A stretch of 64,000 nucleotides of DNA from the human T2T-CHM13v2.0 reference genome, Homo sapiens. The DNA is taken from assembly GCF_009914755.1 (NCBI RefSeq), contig NC_060931.1; one strand, written 5' to 3'. A program made the position numbers and the translations under genes. Shown here piece after piece: positions 13,351 through 28,302 of the stretch. A model generated the notes under the pieces. It made no database searches and was not told the DNA's origin. It worked only from the letters and a program-made list of their open reading frames with translations. How positions within the stretch are numbered: the stretch's first letter is position 1; each line of letters begins with the position of its first letter.

Positions 13351-13940
13351 AGGAATATGGAGGAAACAGACTTTATTCCAGTGAACAGTTTGGAAATCAG
13401 AGAGACACAGCCTGCTGTGTAAAATGAAGCTATGTTCCGGAGAACAATGAGAGTGTTCTGTTTTATAGCAAAACCTCCTACCCAGGTTTCCAGTCAGGTT
13501 GGTTTATGCAAATGAACGATGGAAACTAGCTTAGTTCTGGTTGGCTGGCACAGCTGAGTTTTGATTGATCAATACAGCTTAGCCCTGCTTGGTTGATACA
13601 GCTGAGCCCTGTTTCATCCAGTCGAGTCGAGGGAGCTCTGATTGGTTGAGCTCTGATTGAGCTCTGTTTGGTTTCCAAACCCAAAACCAGGAGTCTTGGC
13701 TGATGTTTCTTTCTGGTGAGAGGAGGGGGGATTGGGCCTCCGTTCATCTTGGCACTAACAATAGGAACTGGTTTAGCTTGATTGTAGAAAGAGAGGTCCT
13801 GTGATACTTTTACATCTTTCTGAGAACACAATTACCATTCCTTCCCCCAGCTAGGACCACCTGGTTCTGTTTTAACTTTGAGAGCCTCAGCCTCAAAGAT
13901 TCCATTTTCAGTCTGCCAGGGGAATACTTTAGAGTTCAAA
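13345..13940 (-). mobile_element. ERV solo LTR (MER76-like) with internal 24-bp tandem repeats
   Basis: Antisense polyA signal (CTTTATT), antisense TATA-like TTTTATAG, octamer ATGCAAAT at 13506, repeated CCAAT-like units, and terminus CCATTTTCAGTCTGCCAGGGGAATACTTTAGAGTTCA. Confidence 0.55.
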
Positions 13941-14206
13941 GGGCCTCCAGAGCAGAGACAGGGGAAAATACCTGTCTGCAGGGTAAGTTACAGGATTGCA
14001 ACAGGTTGGCATTTGAACTGGGCCAAGTAGAGCACCAGAGAGAAAGGAAATGGGTTATATATCTAGACAGAAGAGCAAAGAAATGGCAGGTGCCAAGGCA
14101 CAGAGGGGTCATGGTTTTGATTAAGATGAAGTGGGGAGGTGCAATCGGTGATAAGGTTTTAGGAAGAAACGGAAAAAGAATTTTAAAGATAAAACCCTTT
14201 GCAGAT

Positions 14207-15512
<1,306 letters not shown>

Positions 15513-17863
15513 AAAACCCTTTGCGGATAGGTGGCTCTGGAGTCACCTGCAGGAGATGCTGGGTAGCCAAGGGCATGGTAAGGCAATGGACTTCTGAAAG
15601 AACAATGACCAAGAGGTTTCTAGAGATTAGGGGGACAGGAGTCCTAAAGGGGGAGCTGGAGAATACCAAAGACAAACTTGATTTGTTTTACCCTTTTCAC
15701 ACAAGTTACATATTTTTAAAACCTCTTCTTAGGACCTAATTTTCTCAAGTCTTGCTTAATCCCTTGCTCAGAAGGGAGAGGTGAACAGAGGAAGGGGTTC
15801 CCCCAGCAGCACTGAGCTGGCTCTCTGATGAAGTGGGGGCACCTGTGGAGGGGAAGCTCAGAGCTCACCAGATACTGCCAACAGCAGCTGCACAGGAGGG
15901 TATCTGAGAGGAAGCTACTGTTCCCAGAATAATTAACTCTCTTCAGAAATCATGGGCACAGACACACACCCTCTCTCTGAAGCAGAACCAAGCTCAAGGG
16001 CTGGAGATTTCCTGTTCCCCACCATCAGGTGGACAGCCCACTCTCCCTACTCCACCTGCCTACAGACAAGGAAGATCAATCTGGGTGGCTAACACACCTT
16101 GCCCTAGAGTAACCAAGATTAGAAAGATGCATCTACTTTTCCACATGGGACATGAAATTGAGTCTATTTAAAAGTTCTGGCACAATTTAGATATTAAAAT
16201 TAATTAAAATAAATCTGTTACTAGCAATCTACCTAAATTATGCATACAATGTTTCTCAGTAGGTACTCTTTTGAACTACCGTTTAGCTAAAAAAAAAATC
16301 AATCACCAAGGAATTTAAGTACCAAAGTTTGGCTTGAAACTTCAAATCCCTCCATGTCAAGCAGGAAAGCAGAGCTAATTTAGAGGGACTGTCCAGCCAG
16401 GGATGGTGTCAGGCAGGCTGAGGGCAATATAATGATTTTGCAGGGAGGTAATTAAATGGGACATAACAGCAATTATAGCAGCAACGGCTAACATACACTG
16501 ACCACTTCCAGTGGGTCAGGCAACAACATGCTAAGTGCTTTAAGTGTATTATTTTCTTCAATCTTTTTCTTTAGTACACAAAAAAAGTACAAAGGAAAAT
16601 ATAGCAAAACCTACATATCCACCACCCAAAATTTAAAAATGACATTTTGTCATATTTGCTTCAGATTTTTTTATTTTAAAAAAGTTGCAAATGAATTTAT
16701 ACTCCCAAATCCCATTTCCCTCTCTGTTTCTCCTCAGAAACAGCCACTATGTCATGAATGTGGTTCATATTCAGTGACATTTTCATATTTTACCATATTT
16801 ATATGTGCCTATAAATATTATAGAGTATTATTTTAGGTTTTTATTTCCTGAAATCTTTTATCAACTCAAATGCATGACTTCAAAGTCTATCACTGTGGAT
16901 TAATTTGTTCCATTGCACTTATCAACTTTGAACATACTGTCAGGGAAGAATTTTATTTTCTGTTTTATTAAATAATGTATAAATAGTGTGGCATATTCAT
17001 ATTCTTTGCCCCTGTTTTCTATTTCATTATCTGGAGTTTTTTTTTTTTCAGTAATTTGTAGGAGTCTTTGATCTATCATATATCCCAATATCTTCCACCA
17101 GGATGTGGTCTAGCTTTACCTTTGTTTTCGGTCTTCAGTCATTCAAGAGATGCCTAACTCCAGGCAGTCTAATCCGTTATTTTTTCCTTACCTGATATCA
17201 TAAAAATATCCTTTTGTATCTATATCTACCTATCTATCCTGTAACTGTATTCTACATACAGTCATAAAGTCTCCTTTTTTTGCATTTGGTCTCTAATCCA
17301 TCTTCAATTTATTTTTTTAAATGGTGTAGAGACTTAATTATATTTTCATCAACCACAACAAAAAAATAGATTCCATTCTTTCTTCACTAATTGGCAATCC
17401 CACCTCCACCATATACCCAGATCCCACACGTGCATAACTTCTCAAGCTACCTCTTCTGTTCTCTCTATTTGTCTATCCCTGTGCTAACTCCAAAGCCCCA
17501 TGTCATGTACTGAAGCTTTTTTACAAATCAATATATAGGCAAGTCTTTGTTTTTTGCCTGTTTGCTTGGGTTTCACAATTGTCTGGCTACTCTTTCAATT
17601 TTATATTTCCATATGAATTATAGAATCTGTCAAATCTCTCACACATACACACCACAACCAGTTGATATTTAATTGGAATTTCACAAAATGTTTTAATTGA
17701 TTGTGACTAGACAGCTTTTCAATACGGAAACATCCCACATATCTAAATAAGCATAGTATTATCTCTCTAATCATTTCAGACTTTTCTCTCAATAACGTTT
17801 ATATTTTCTATTTTTTCCTAAGTAACATATAGTTTTAGTTGATGTTATGAAAAGCATTTTTTC

Positions 17864-18147
<284 letters not shown>

Positions 18148-18179
18148 TTAATGAGCTAGTTCTGGTACAGAAGACAGAG

Positions 18180-18362
18180 TTACTTACTAGCAAATGTCAC
18201 TGTGGGCAAGCTCTTTATCTCGCTGTGCCTCAGTTTTCTCAAATTTCAAATGGGAATAATAGTGCTACCTAATAAAGTTACTGCTGGTGAGAGATAAATA
18301 AGTTAACACATGCCTAGTGCCTGGCACATAGTAATTAAATGCAAATGTTAGCTTTTATTATT
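18180..18362 (+). mobile_element. MIR SINE
   Basis: GGGCAAG...CTGTGCCTCAGTTTTCTC...AAATGGGAATAATAGTG...GTGCCTGGCACATAGTAA...AAATGTTAGC. Confidence 0.85.
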
Positions 18363-18809
18363 AAAAGAATATTAATTTGCATATTGATTTTATATCTAAC
18401 GGCCTTGAAAATTTATGAATTATCTTGAATTTTCTTTTAAATAATGATATACTCTGAGTATGAACAAATTTACTTTCTTCTTTCTTCTTCCTTATAAACA
18501 TTTCTCTTTCTTGCCCTATCGTATTACCCAGGACTAACAATATCATGATAAATGGAAAAAGAAATAGCAACGTTCCTGTCTTACTCTCTTTAAAAGACAT
18601 ATTCTAAAATTTTCACCTTTACTATTTATGTTTGCTGTCATTTTTCGCTAACTATAATACTATTTATCAGGTTAAGGAAGGCCCCTTGCATTCCTAGTTT
18701 GGTGTGCGATTTCATCATGAATAGGTCTTGACGAAGGCATTTGATTTTCTCTAATTTAATCCCTACATTGTAGTCTACACTGAACATTTAGCAACAATAT
18801 ACATTGGGC

Positions 18810-19030
18810 CAGGGGTCAGCAAACTACAGCCTACGCAACCTGTTTTTGCTGTTAAAAATTTTTTTTAAAAAGTTTATTGGAAAACAGCCACACCCATCTG
18901 ATAACATATTACCCATGGCTGCTTTTAAGCCACAGTGACATAGTTGAGTAGTTGATACAGAAACCATATGGCCCACAAAGCCTAAAATATTGACCATTTG
19001 ACCCCTTACAGAAAAAAACTGCTCACCCTG
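18810..19030 (+). mobile_element. MER58A hAT-Charlie MITE
   Basis: CAGGGGTCAGCAAACTACAGCC...TTATTGGAAAACAGCCACACCC...ATATGGCCCACAAAGCCTAAAATATT...CCCTG. Confidence 0.85.
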
Positions 19031-19129
19031 ATATACAGCATATTAAACTGCTCTTGTTACAACTTTCACTCTAAATTGAGGGGTTAGTGAATAAGCAGGA
19101 AAGGAGGCCAAAGAGTTTTAAGTTTTTTT

Positions 19130-19245
19130 TTTCTAACTTCTCCTAATCTCTGTTCCTTCTACCTTCTTTCATGTTTACATTTCTCTCTTTCCTCTTCTCT
19201 CTTCTTCCCCCTTTCTTTTTCCCCTTCTCCTTTTTTTCCCCTTGC
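19130..19245. repeat. CT-rich low-complexity tract
   Basis: Direct observation. Confidence 0.7.
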
Positions 19246-19272
19246 CATTCTACACTTTTAAAAAGCAATGCA

Positions 19273-19575
19273 GTCCAGATGCAGTGGCTCATGCCTATAA
19301 TCCAGCACTTTAGGAGGCTGAGGCAGGAGTATCAGATTGAGCCCAGGAGTCTGAGACCAGCCTGAACAACATAGTGAAATCTCATCTCTACAAAAAACAG
19401 AAACACTTAGCCAGGCATGGTGATTCATACCTATAGTGCCAGCTACTGGAGCAGCTGAGGTAGGAGAATCACATGAGCCCCAGAGGTTGAGGTTAAGGCT
19501 GTAGTGAGCAGTGATCACACCACTACACATAGCCTGGGTGACAAAATGAGACCCTGTTTCAAAAAATAAAAAATA
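19273..19575 (+). mobile_element. AluJ with 13-bp TSD
   Basis: TTGAGCCCAGGAG..GAGACCAGCCTGAACAACATAGTGA and GAGACCCTGT (J diagnostics). TSD AAAAAGCAATGCA at 19260 and 19576. Confidence 0.9.
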
Positions 19576-19691
19576 AAAAAGCAATGCAAAATATCTTCCT
19601 TTGATTAAATAAACAATAAAACTGTCCAACATTTTTTTCAATATGTAGTGATAACCAATATATAGCTAGGTGCTTTACTAAGTTACTTTAA

Positions 19692-20280
19692 AATTCATTT
19701 GCTCAACAAACATCTATTGAATGCTATTTGCAAGGCACTGTTCTAGGTGTCTGAAATATAACAGTGAACAAACAATGATTCCTGCCCTTGGGAAGCTTAC
19801 ATTCTAATTGAGGGAAATGAACAATAAAAATAGAGCAAATAGTAAGTGATGAAAAAAGGAACACACAGAAAATGGTAAGCGGGAAGGGGAGGGGAAAGAA
19901 CTACAGTTTTGTAAAGGATATTCAGCAGGCCTCTTTGCAAAGGTGCCATCTAAACAAAGATTTCAAAAAGGTGAGAGCATGAACCCCCAAGCCCATGGCA
20001 GGAGCATTCCTGGTGTGTCCAGGCAATGGCAGGGAGATTGGGATAGCTGGGACAGATGAAGCAGAGAGAATAGGAGGTGAGATCAGAGAGGTTATGGAGA
20101 CCAGATTGCAGAGGCCCTGGTGGGCTTTACTCTGACCAAAATGAGAAGCCACTGAAAGATTTTAAACAGAGGAATAAGGTGGTCTGGCAGATTTTTAAAG
20201 GCTTACCTTTGGCCATTGTGGTGAGTACAGTTTATAGAAACTGCAAAGCCATTCAAGAGGCCATGGCAGTATTGAGAAGA
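19692..20280 (-). mobile_element. L2a-like 3' region
   Basis: ATTCATTTGCTCAACAAACATCTATTGAATG...GGCACTGTTCTAGG...GAGAAGCCACTGAAAGATTTTAAACAGAGG. Confidence 0.85.
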
Positions 20281-20287
20281 ATTCACG

Positions 20288-20440
20288 TCATTTAATCTCT
20301 CAGCAGTTGGATAAGATATATACTATGCCCTTCTTCCAGATGCAGAAAGTAAGATGTGGAAGTTTAAATAACTTGCCAAGTCACACAGCTAATATAAAGC
20401 AGAGCTGGTTTTAAACCTAGAGTCCATCCAAGGTCAAAGG
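20288..20440 (-). mobile_element. MIR
   Basis: CATTTAATCT...CAGATG..GAAA...TAACTTGCCAAGTCACACAGCTA...GCAGAGCTGG. Confidence 0.75.
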
Positions 20441-21234
20441 TTGGTATCTGAAGTTAGACTAGTTTGGATTTCACCTTGTGAAAATGCTTCATAAACTTTT
20501 TAATGTATGATATTATAATTAAGAGTTTCATGATTTTAGACTAATCATGTATATTTTATATTTTATGAATTTTTAGATAAATCATACTTCTAAAATAAAA
20601 AACTAGTTGGATGCTATAGTTCCAGACTCCTGGATTTTGTTCTTGAATGGCTTATGGATAAAAGCCCCTAAGTTTTCACGTATTAGATTTGCTTCAAATA
20701 AACCTATAGACTTGGGAATTTATTTACTCTAGCCCTAGGAACTAGAGGCTCGCCATTATATTCTTATTCTCCCATAGAGTTTCAAATTATATTCTTTAAA
20801 AGACACTTCATGACTGGAGTGTTGAATCTTCTTTTTTAAGCCTGCTGACTGATAGGTAGATTCCATGTTCAAATCTCATCTTGCACACTGTAAATATCTT
20901 CCATCATAATTTTAGTAGGTCTAGAAAAATCATCTCTCTCTCTGTTAAACATACACATACACACACACACAGAGGAGCAACATTACTGGCAAGAATGATA
21001 ATATATATGGAAGGATTTACTAATGAAATATTTCTGTATATTCTTCAGTGACAAACTGGGTGGCTTTATGTTAAACAACATAAAAGAAAGTCATACAAAT
21101 TTGATCTCCAGTTTATTCGTGTTGAGTTTGTAAACCATGCACACTGACGCAGGTTTACAAGTAAATGATGTTGAGAAATTCAAACACATACATATGTGTG
21201 TGCAATCCATATGTGGAAATGCAGTCAATAATTT

Positions 21235-22030
21235 ATATCAACCAGCCACAAATATTTATTGCAATTATTAAATGGCCCCTAGGCACAATCTTAGGTCTTG
21301 GGGATTCAGTGCTAAGAATAAATGGGCAAGGATTCCCATCCTCATTAAGCTTATAGCCTAGTAGGGAAACCAAACAATAAATACTTAGAAGTATTAGGAG
21401 AGCCATGAGAAGGAGGGAAGATGTAGAGCTGTTCTTAACATGGGAGCAAAGCCAGGCCAGCATGGTGGAGGGACGATGGTCACAGAAGACAGCCCCATGG
21501 AAGTGATGCTTAAGCTCCACTTGAAGGACGGGTACAGGTTATCAAGGAGAAGAGCAAAGCAGTGAGGGAGGAAAGAACTTCTCAAGGAAAGAGAAGGGCT
21601 TGTGCTTGATAGAGGAGAATCCAATGCCTTAGGAGAAAGAAGAAGTGGGGGAGTCTGGTGTGCGTGGTGGAAAGCAGCACAAGGTGGGTGCCACATAAAG
21701 TGATGCTGGAGACAGGCAAGGGCCAGGTCAGGTAGGGCTGAAAGATATGGATTTAACTTTGAGGACAATGAGATGCCACTTAGGAAGGATTTTTAGCAGT
21801 AGAATGGCATATTTAGCTCTTATTTTTTAAAGGTCAGTCTGGCCACTATGTGAAGAATGGACTGGAAGGGAACAAGAATGGAGCACATTTAGAAGGCCAT
21901 TGCAATCACCCAGATGAGAAGTGCAGTGATCTGGACAGAAGCAGAGACAGGGTAGATGAAGGTGAACAGTTTCAAGTCAACAGGGACTGACTGTGCGTGG
22001 GGGATGTGTGAACAGCAGGAGCTGATAAGG
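21235..22030 (-). mobile_element. L2 3' region
   Basis: CAAATATTTATTG...GGGGATTCAGTG...GAGGACAATGAGATGCCACT...GGATTTTTAGCAG...GGCCATTGCAATCACCCAGATGAGA. Confidence 0.8.
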
Positions 22031-22877
22031 AGCCCTCATTTTCGGACAGGGAGGGTACCAAGACCATTCAGAAGACTGGAACCATGGAGGAAATGCTACT
22101 TCACACCAGGTACGAATCCATTTCAAGTGTGTTTTAGAGGTAGAGGTAGGAGTGAAGGTCCATTCCAGCACCAATTCTCCCTACCAACCTGAATTGTTTA
22201 TTGCAAAAGATTTTATTTCATTGGTCTCTTTTTACTGAAGGTATAAATGGAGTGTCATCTTTTCAAGGAGAGAGAAACAGATGCCCTTTGAGAAGGGGAG
22301 ACGGAAGGGGAAGGAAAGTTCTGAAGGCAGAGGTGTCCAGAGAAGCCGAAGCATGCAATGGGAGGCACAGGAGTGAGAGTGAACTTCAATAGACACACAC
22401 TGACCCAAAAGAGTTGTGCATCAAAGACACATTCTGATAACTCTGCAACTTTTGCAGAGAGCCGATGACGTTCTAATTGTAACATTTCCCTTTTTACTTT
22501 TTCTTCCTTGGTGAATGGTGGTAGACCTATTGATTACACCATAAAGATAAGAGGGAAAAGAAGGAATGACTGCTTTTCTCATATAATTATCTTTTTAAAG
22601 TCCTTGTCCTGGTTTGCACACTCAAAAAGGAACACAGAATTTGCAATTATAGGGAAGTTATTTCTGAGCATAATTAAATGCTCTCCATCTTTCTCTCACA
22701 CAAAAGCTTGCAAATTCCAAGCTAGTAGATTTTTGAATCCTATCAATCATTTCTATTTTTAAATTATATTCCAGATTTATTATATGATATACTAATTATA
22801 ATACAATATTTGCAATAATGAAAATGTATTTGAATAGTCAATTGGAACCCACAAGTCAACTCCTAGATAGATGCCTT

Positions 22878-23038
22878 AGTGGCTCTGAAAGGTGGTCCCC
22901 ACTTGGGATTTGTTAAAATGCAAACACCTGGGCCCCACTCTGGGTGTACAGAATCAGAAATTCAGGGAGTGAAACTCAACAGTCTTTTTAATAAGCCCTC
23001 CAGTTGATTCTGATACATGTTAAGATTGAGAACCACTT
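22878..23038. mobile_element. MER5A hAT-Charlie MITE
   Basis: TTGTTAAAATGCAAAC..CTGGGCCCCAC...GAATCAGAAA...TTTTAATAAGCCCTCCAGTTGATTCTGAT...TTGAGAACCACT. Confidence 0.85.
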
Positions 23039-23044
23039 CTTCAG

Positions 23045-23200
23045 CAGTGTTTCCCAACCTTTTCCCTTCGTGGCAAAAAAAAACCTGCACACGTACCCTG
23101 AACCTAAAATAAAAGTTTAAACAAAAGAGAAAATGATGGCATTTGTACAATACCCCATGTTAAGTGGATAAGGCTGCCAGAGGCTTGCCCCAGACCCTAT
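23045..23200. mobile_element. Charlie-like DNA element end containing a ~45-bp L1PA 3'-terminal insert (23080-23125)
   Basis: CAGTGTTTCCCAACCTTTTCC is a hAT TIR-like end; AACCTGCACACGTACCCTGAACCTAAAATAAAAGTT is the L1PA 3' terminus. Confidence 0.5.
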
Positions 23201-23329
23201 TTGTGTTGGCCTGAGCAGCTCACCGTAACCTTTTCATGATCCACCAGCAGAAAAACTCAGATCTGAAGAAACTCACACCAGTGCAAAAACAACTACATAT
23301 ACATTCTTTTTGTTAATTATGGCACCATT

Positions 23330-23840
23330 TCCAACAATGAAAAATTATCCAAATACAAATTAACAAATTGTGACATATTTGTGCATAGAAATACTACTCA
23401 CAGTTACAATGAATAAACTGGAGTTCCATGTATCAACACAGAGAAATCTCAAAAACATAATGTTGAGCAAAAAAAAAAAAAAAAAAAAAAAAAGCAGGTT
23501 ATAAAACAATGCATACATTTTGATAACATTTATATAGTATTTATAACATGCTGAACAATACTGAATATTGTTTGTGGCATGCCCACATGTAGTAAAATCA
23601 TAAAGGCATGCATAAGAATGATACATAGCCCTTAGGAAAGAGGAAGAAGGGGAATCAGGGATGTGTATTCATGGGGCTTTACCCATTTTATTTCTTCAAA
23701 TATCTAAAGAAAATATAGCAATTGGTTAAGATGTGACCTGGGGAGAAAGGGAATAGTTACACATGGGTTTCTTATATGACTTGATGTATTTTTCTGTATA
23801 GTTAAAATGTTTCATGAAAATTTTTGATAAGAAAAAAAAA
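23330..23840 (+). mobile_element. L1ME-like 3' end with internal poly(A) expansion (23469-23493)
   Basis: GAAATACTACTCACAGTTACAATGAATAAACTGGAG..CATGTATCAACA..GAAATCTCAAAAACATAATGTTGAG. Confidence 0.7.
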
Positions 23841-23869
23841 TCAGTTGGAGTCTGCTATCAATTTATCCG

Positions 23870-23995
23870 AGTTGTAAACCCAATTTTGTGTTAGCTCTTT
23901 GGTGTTGGGCAGATTACTTTCTCTCTCTGGGCCTTCATTTCCCATTTGCAAAATAGAAGGGGCTGAGTTCAGTGACCTCTGAAGCTCTCTGCCTC
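23870..23995 (+). mobile_element. MIR/MIR3 fragment
   Basis: TTGGGCAG..TACTT..CTCTCTGGGCCTTCATTTCCCATTTGCAAAAT. Confidence 0.65.
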
Positions 23996-24869
23996 TTGCA
24001 CCCTCTTCAATATATATTGGTGCTCAAATAGAAATACTCTTAGCCCCTTCTCTTTATCCCCTCTATGCATAGGCAACAACCTTCTCAGTAGTTGTTCCCT
24101 GTCCAGCTGTCTACCTTAATAGCCCCTTGTTTACAATGGCCCCAGCAAATGGGCTGGGGACTAATAACACATCACAAAGCAGGAATTGTAGAACCTGTGT
24201 TTGAAGATATATTTTAAGACAAAGAGAATAAAAATAAAACCAGAAAAGTTTGGTACATAGACAAGCAGTGTAGGATTTAGAAAATGACCTTGAATTTGCA
24301 AGCAACCTTTCCTTGAAGGAGAATCTTTTCCCTGAGCAATGAATTTCACTAAGTGAAAGAGAATTTCAAATCAACATTACAGCAATGTTCACTACTTTAT
24401 TCCTACTCTTTAGGCATCACCTCTATCTCCTTATCGCTCACCCCAACATTAGATATGATTCAATACAACTAACTAGCTTTTTCAATGAAAGAAAGCTTAG
24501 TTTCTCATGTTTAGGAACTGATTCCTTTGATCTTCCCTCAAGTTACGACTTACATAGGCAATTCCCTTTCCAAATAGGCTAGTTTGTAGATTCTGTCTTT
24601 GAATGTGCTCAGTCATTTCAACAATATTAACATCATAATATTGATGAACTATGCCTACAAAGGGCGACTGATTTTGACTAATTTATTATTTACTACAAAA
24701 TATTTCCAATGTACAAAAAATATACTCACCATCAATATGTATTTTTAAGTTTTACTAATTTGCACACTCAAATCAGCAGACCAAGTTAAAATGGCATCTT
24801 CTACCTTGTGATTTGTGACACCATATCACAAGCTTGAGGGTTCCATGCTCCTTTTTAGGCACTTGGTGA

Positions 24870-25050
24870 GTGTGATATGGTAGGAAACATATTTAATGTA
24901 TGGTTTTAGCTCTAAAATTCACTGACTAAGTGGTTTTAGGAAATCATTCAACATCTCTTGGCTTCAGTTTCCTAATCTATGATATAGACAAAATGGACTT
25001 TGTTATTTACAAGGTCTCCCCATCTTTGAAACCCCTTGGTTCTATGGAAT
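24870..25050 (+). mobile_element. MIR3-like fragment
   Basis: AAATCATTCAACATCTCTTGGCTTCAGTTTCCTAATCTAT...AAGGTCTCCC. Confidence 0.55.
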
Positions 25051-25235
25051 GACCTAACAAATCCATTGATCTGGCATTGTGGCCAGTCTCAGTCTAAGTT
25101 TTGAACTCTTTTGGTTGAGAAATGATAAACTCATTAATGAGATGCAAGCTAGATTCAATGCAGTGTGTATATGTGTGTGTTTATACTTACTTATATTGAT
25201 TATATACATATATGTGTATTTCATTTAACAGAAGG

Positions 25236-25604
<369 letters not shown>

Positions 25605-26179
25605 TTAATACTTACTGAATTAACAGGATTCATTTTAAGTTCATACTATTTGATATACTATGCTAGTGACATTAAATGACAATTTCTCTTTTAATCCTTA
25701 CAGTAACTCTGAGAGGTAGATACTTCTTAACTGGTATAGGTTTACAGTACTACTAAATACGAGTCAGGATTCTAAGTCTGACTTGGCCCATCTCAGTGAT
25801 AATATTAATACCCAAAAGATAGACATATGCTTTGTAAATTAATTTTATAAGAGCTTCACCCTTGTATATCTAATTACTTCTAACAGGCATTCAACATTGA
25901 CCTACAACTTTATATTTCTTCCTTAGTACTCCCCTGAAATTTCTTACTATTCACTGTTATGATGTGCCTCGCTGCTGATTAAAAAACTAACTCAAAACTA
26001 AAATAATGAGGGCCCAAAATGAGAATTACTTAGTGGGATCCATCCAGACCTTATTCTTATTTAAATAAATACAGTTGACTTTACTACCTGTGAATGACTG
26101 ACTTTGGAAATTATTTGTGGTACCTATTTTATCCCACTAAACTGCTTAATATATCATATTATGTACATCAACCTCATAA

Positions 26180-27290
26180 CTTTCTTTGAGGGGGTTATTA
26201 GTCTGTTTGGTTATAAAATGCAGTCAATAATATGCATTGCATTACAGCAAAACATCTGACAGAAAACAGAAAACAACATACCCAAACAGAAAAGATGGAA
26301 AAATGTAGACTGGATGTTAGCGCAACTAGTAACTCGTTGAACATTTGTACCCAAAAGGCTAGTGAATAAGAGAAGAACCTCAACCTGGAAAAAGAATTGA
26401 GCCACAGGATTCTGTTCTGGACCTCTTTCTGTTCTCAAATATTATCAATGGCTTAGATAGAAAACAAGGTCCTAAAAATGTTAAGACAAAAACACTGAGT
26501 GGGATAATAAATAGGTTGTATAAACCAAAATAGATATGGTAGTGTACAGATATGGGTCAAGTTGAACAAATCAAAATTTAACAGAGATAATCATAAGATC
26601 AAAAATAATAATTCTCAAGTGCAGAATGCTAAAAAAAAAAATAGTTGGCAGCTACCTAGACAGAAACATAGAAACTTTGGTTGGCAATAAATTCAATATG
26701 AACCAACCATATGGTATGACTACCCATAAGCTATACCACCTTTAGGTACAATAATAGAAACAAGAAATTTCTGTAATAATAGAAATAAAATTTTCTCAGA
26801 GAGGTGAGATTATAGGCCTGCTCTCCTTGCCAAAGATAACTTAATTCCATGCTGCAGATGGATTTTGGTGTTGAACCTTAAAGAAACAGACAAACTGGAT
26901 ATTCAATTTCTTATACCAGAAGAAACTTCCCCATGACAGATAAGGGAACATTTTTTTAAATGATGTTTTTCGTCTACAGAAAAGAAAACTAAAGAAGGAC
27001 ATGGCATCTATCTTTAAATATTTTTTAGGTAGTCTATGGAATGAAAATAGTCTTCATCTGAAGGATCCAAAGAGGTCAAATGAGAATTAATACGCTCAAA
27101 TAAAGGAGATTGTGACTTGGCACAATAAAGAAATATATGGTATGGACTTATCAGAATGTGAGTTCTCCCATGTTGGGTAGAGGGACAAAAGGCTGAACAA
27201 CCAATTAGTAGAATATTGTATAGGGAATTAAGTCACTAGTGGGAGCTTTGTCTGAATGAATTTTGAGGTCTCTTGCAAACCTGAAAGAAA
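26180..27290 (+). mobile_element. L3/CR1 relic (RT region to 3' end)
   Basis: AAGATGGAAAAATGTAGACTGGATG...TTGAACA..TGTACCCAAAAG...TCAACCTGG...GCCACAGG..TCTGTTCTGGACC...TTATCAATGGCTTAGAT, with 3' end GAGGTCTCTTGCAAACCTGA. Confidence 0.75.
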
Positions 27291-27983
27291 ATAAATCCAT
27301 AATCTACAAATGGCCTAAAAGAAAGGTGATTGCAAAAGACTTATTCACATTACTAACGGTCTCAGCAAGATATGGTGTGAAGTCCAATCTGCTACCCATC
27401 CCCAAATATTTATATACACACACACACACACACTCACATAACACACATATGCTTCTTATCAAGGTGGAAAAAACACCAAAGCCCTCATTAGCTCAGATTC
27501 TACTGTTTCAAATGTGTAACAATGCAGAAGAAAATAGGATCAAGGTTTGCTATCTCTAAGGGGAAAAAAAAAAGTTTGCGAAGTGAATTGCTAGGGTAAA
27601 CAAGATTCTGGGAGGAAGCTTGACCTTACAACCAAAGTCAAAAAAACACACCATTAAAAATAAATAGCTTATGATTTCTGTACAAATAAATCTTCCCAAT
27701 TTCTCAATGACCCATTCTTTAACTCAGCTCAGGTATGACTGAACAGTTATAAGTCCTTGCTAGCAGTCCTTACTGAATACTACACACACTTGAAAATAAT
27801 AAAGTTATTAAAATTTTGTTTAATTCAGCTTTCCTTTGAACTAGGCATTCCCCAAGTTTAAATTAGGTTTCATTAATTTAAGTTATTTCAGGAAATTTTT
27901 GATGATATGTTGCTCTACATTATTCTTGAGTACAGATAAGCAAGAAATGGCCATAGATCATTCCCAGCCAACACAAAGTAATT

Positions 27984-28049
27984 ATTATCTAGAAAGAGAT
28001 AAAAGTAATATTATAAGTAAACTATTACCTAGAAAGAGATAAAAGTAAG
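27984..28049. repeat. Local tandem duplication (~40-bp period)
   Basis: ATTATCTAGAAAGAGATAAAAGTAA and ATTACCTAGAAAAGAGATAAAAGTAA. Confidence 0.75.
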
Positions 28050-28149
28050 TAAGTAGTCCAAAACTAACCTTAAAGAAGCAGGAGATCACACAAACAGGCC
28101 ATAAACTGTAGAAGCACATTAAATCCAAAGCTGCCAAATTCATGACATG

Positions 28150-28302
28150 CCTGGCAGGTCTGCATGGGTGCACAACCTGAGCAGCTGCCCAGGGCCTGTA
28201 CACAGAAGGGAGGTACACTTAGCTAATGATCTACTGTCAATGTCTTAAAAGTGTCAATAATTTTTGAACACTGGGCCCCACAGATTATGCAGGTGGTCCT
28301 GG
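28150..28302 (+). mobile_element. MER91A hAT-Tip100 MITE
   Basis: CATGGGTGCACAACCTGAGCAG..CAGGGCC..CAGAAGGG...AATAATTTTTGAACACTGGGCCCCACAGATTATGCAG..GGTCCTG. Confidence 0.75.

Noticed and set aside
22400-22480. Cluster of TCF (ATCAAAG), GATA and half-CRE words with an 8-bp hairpin
   Set aside because: Short motifs at chance frequency; no independent support.
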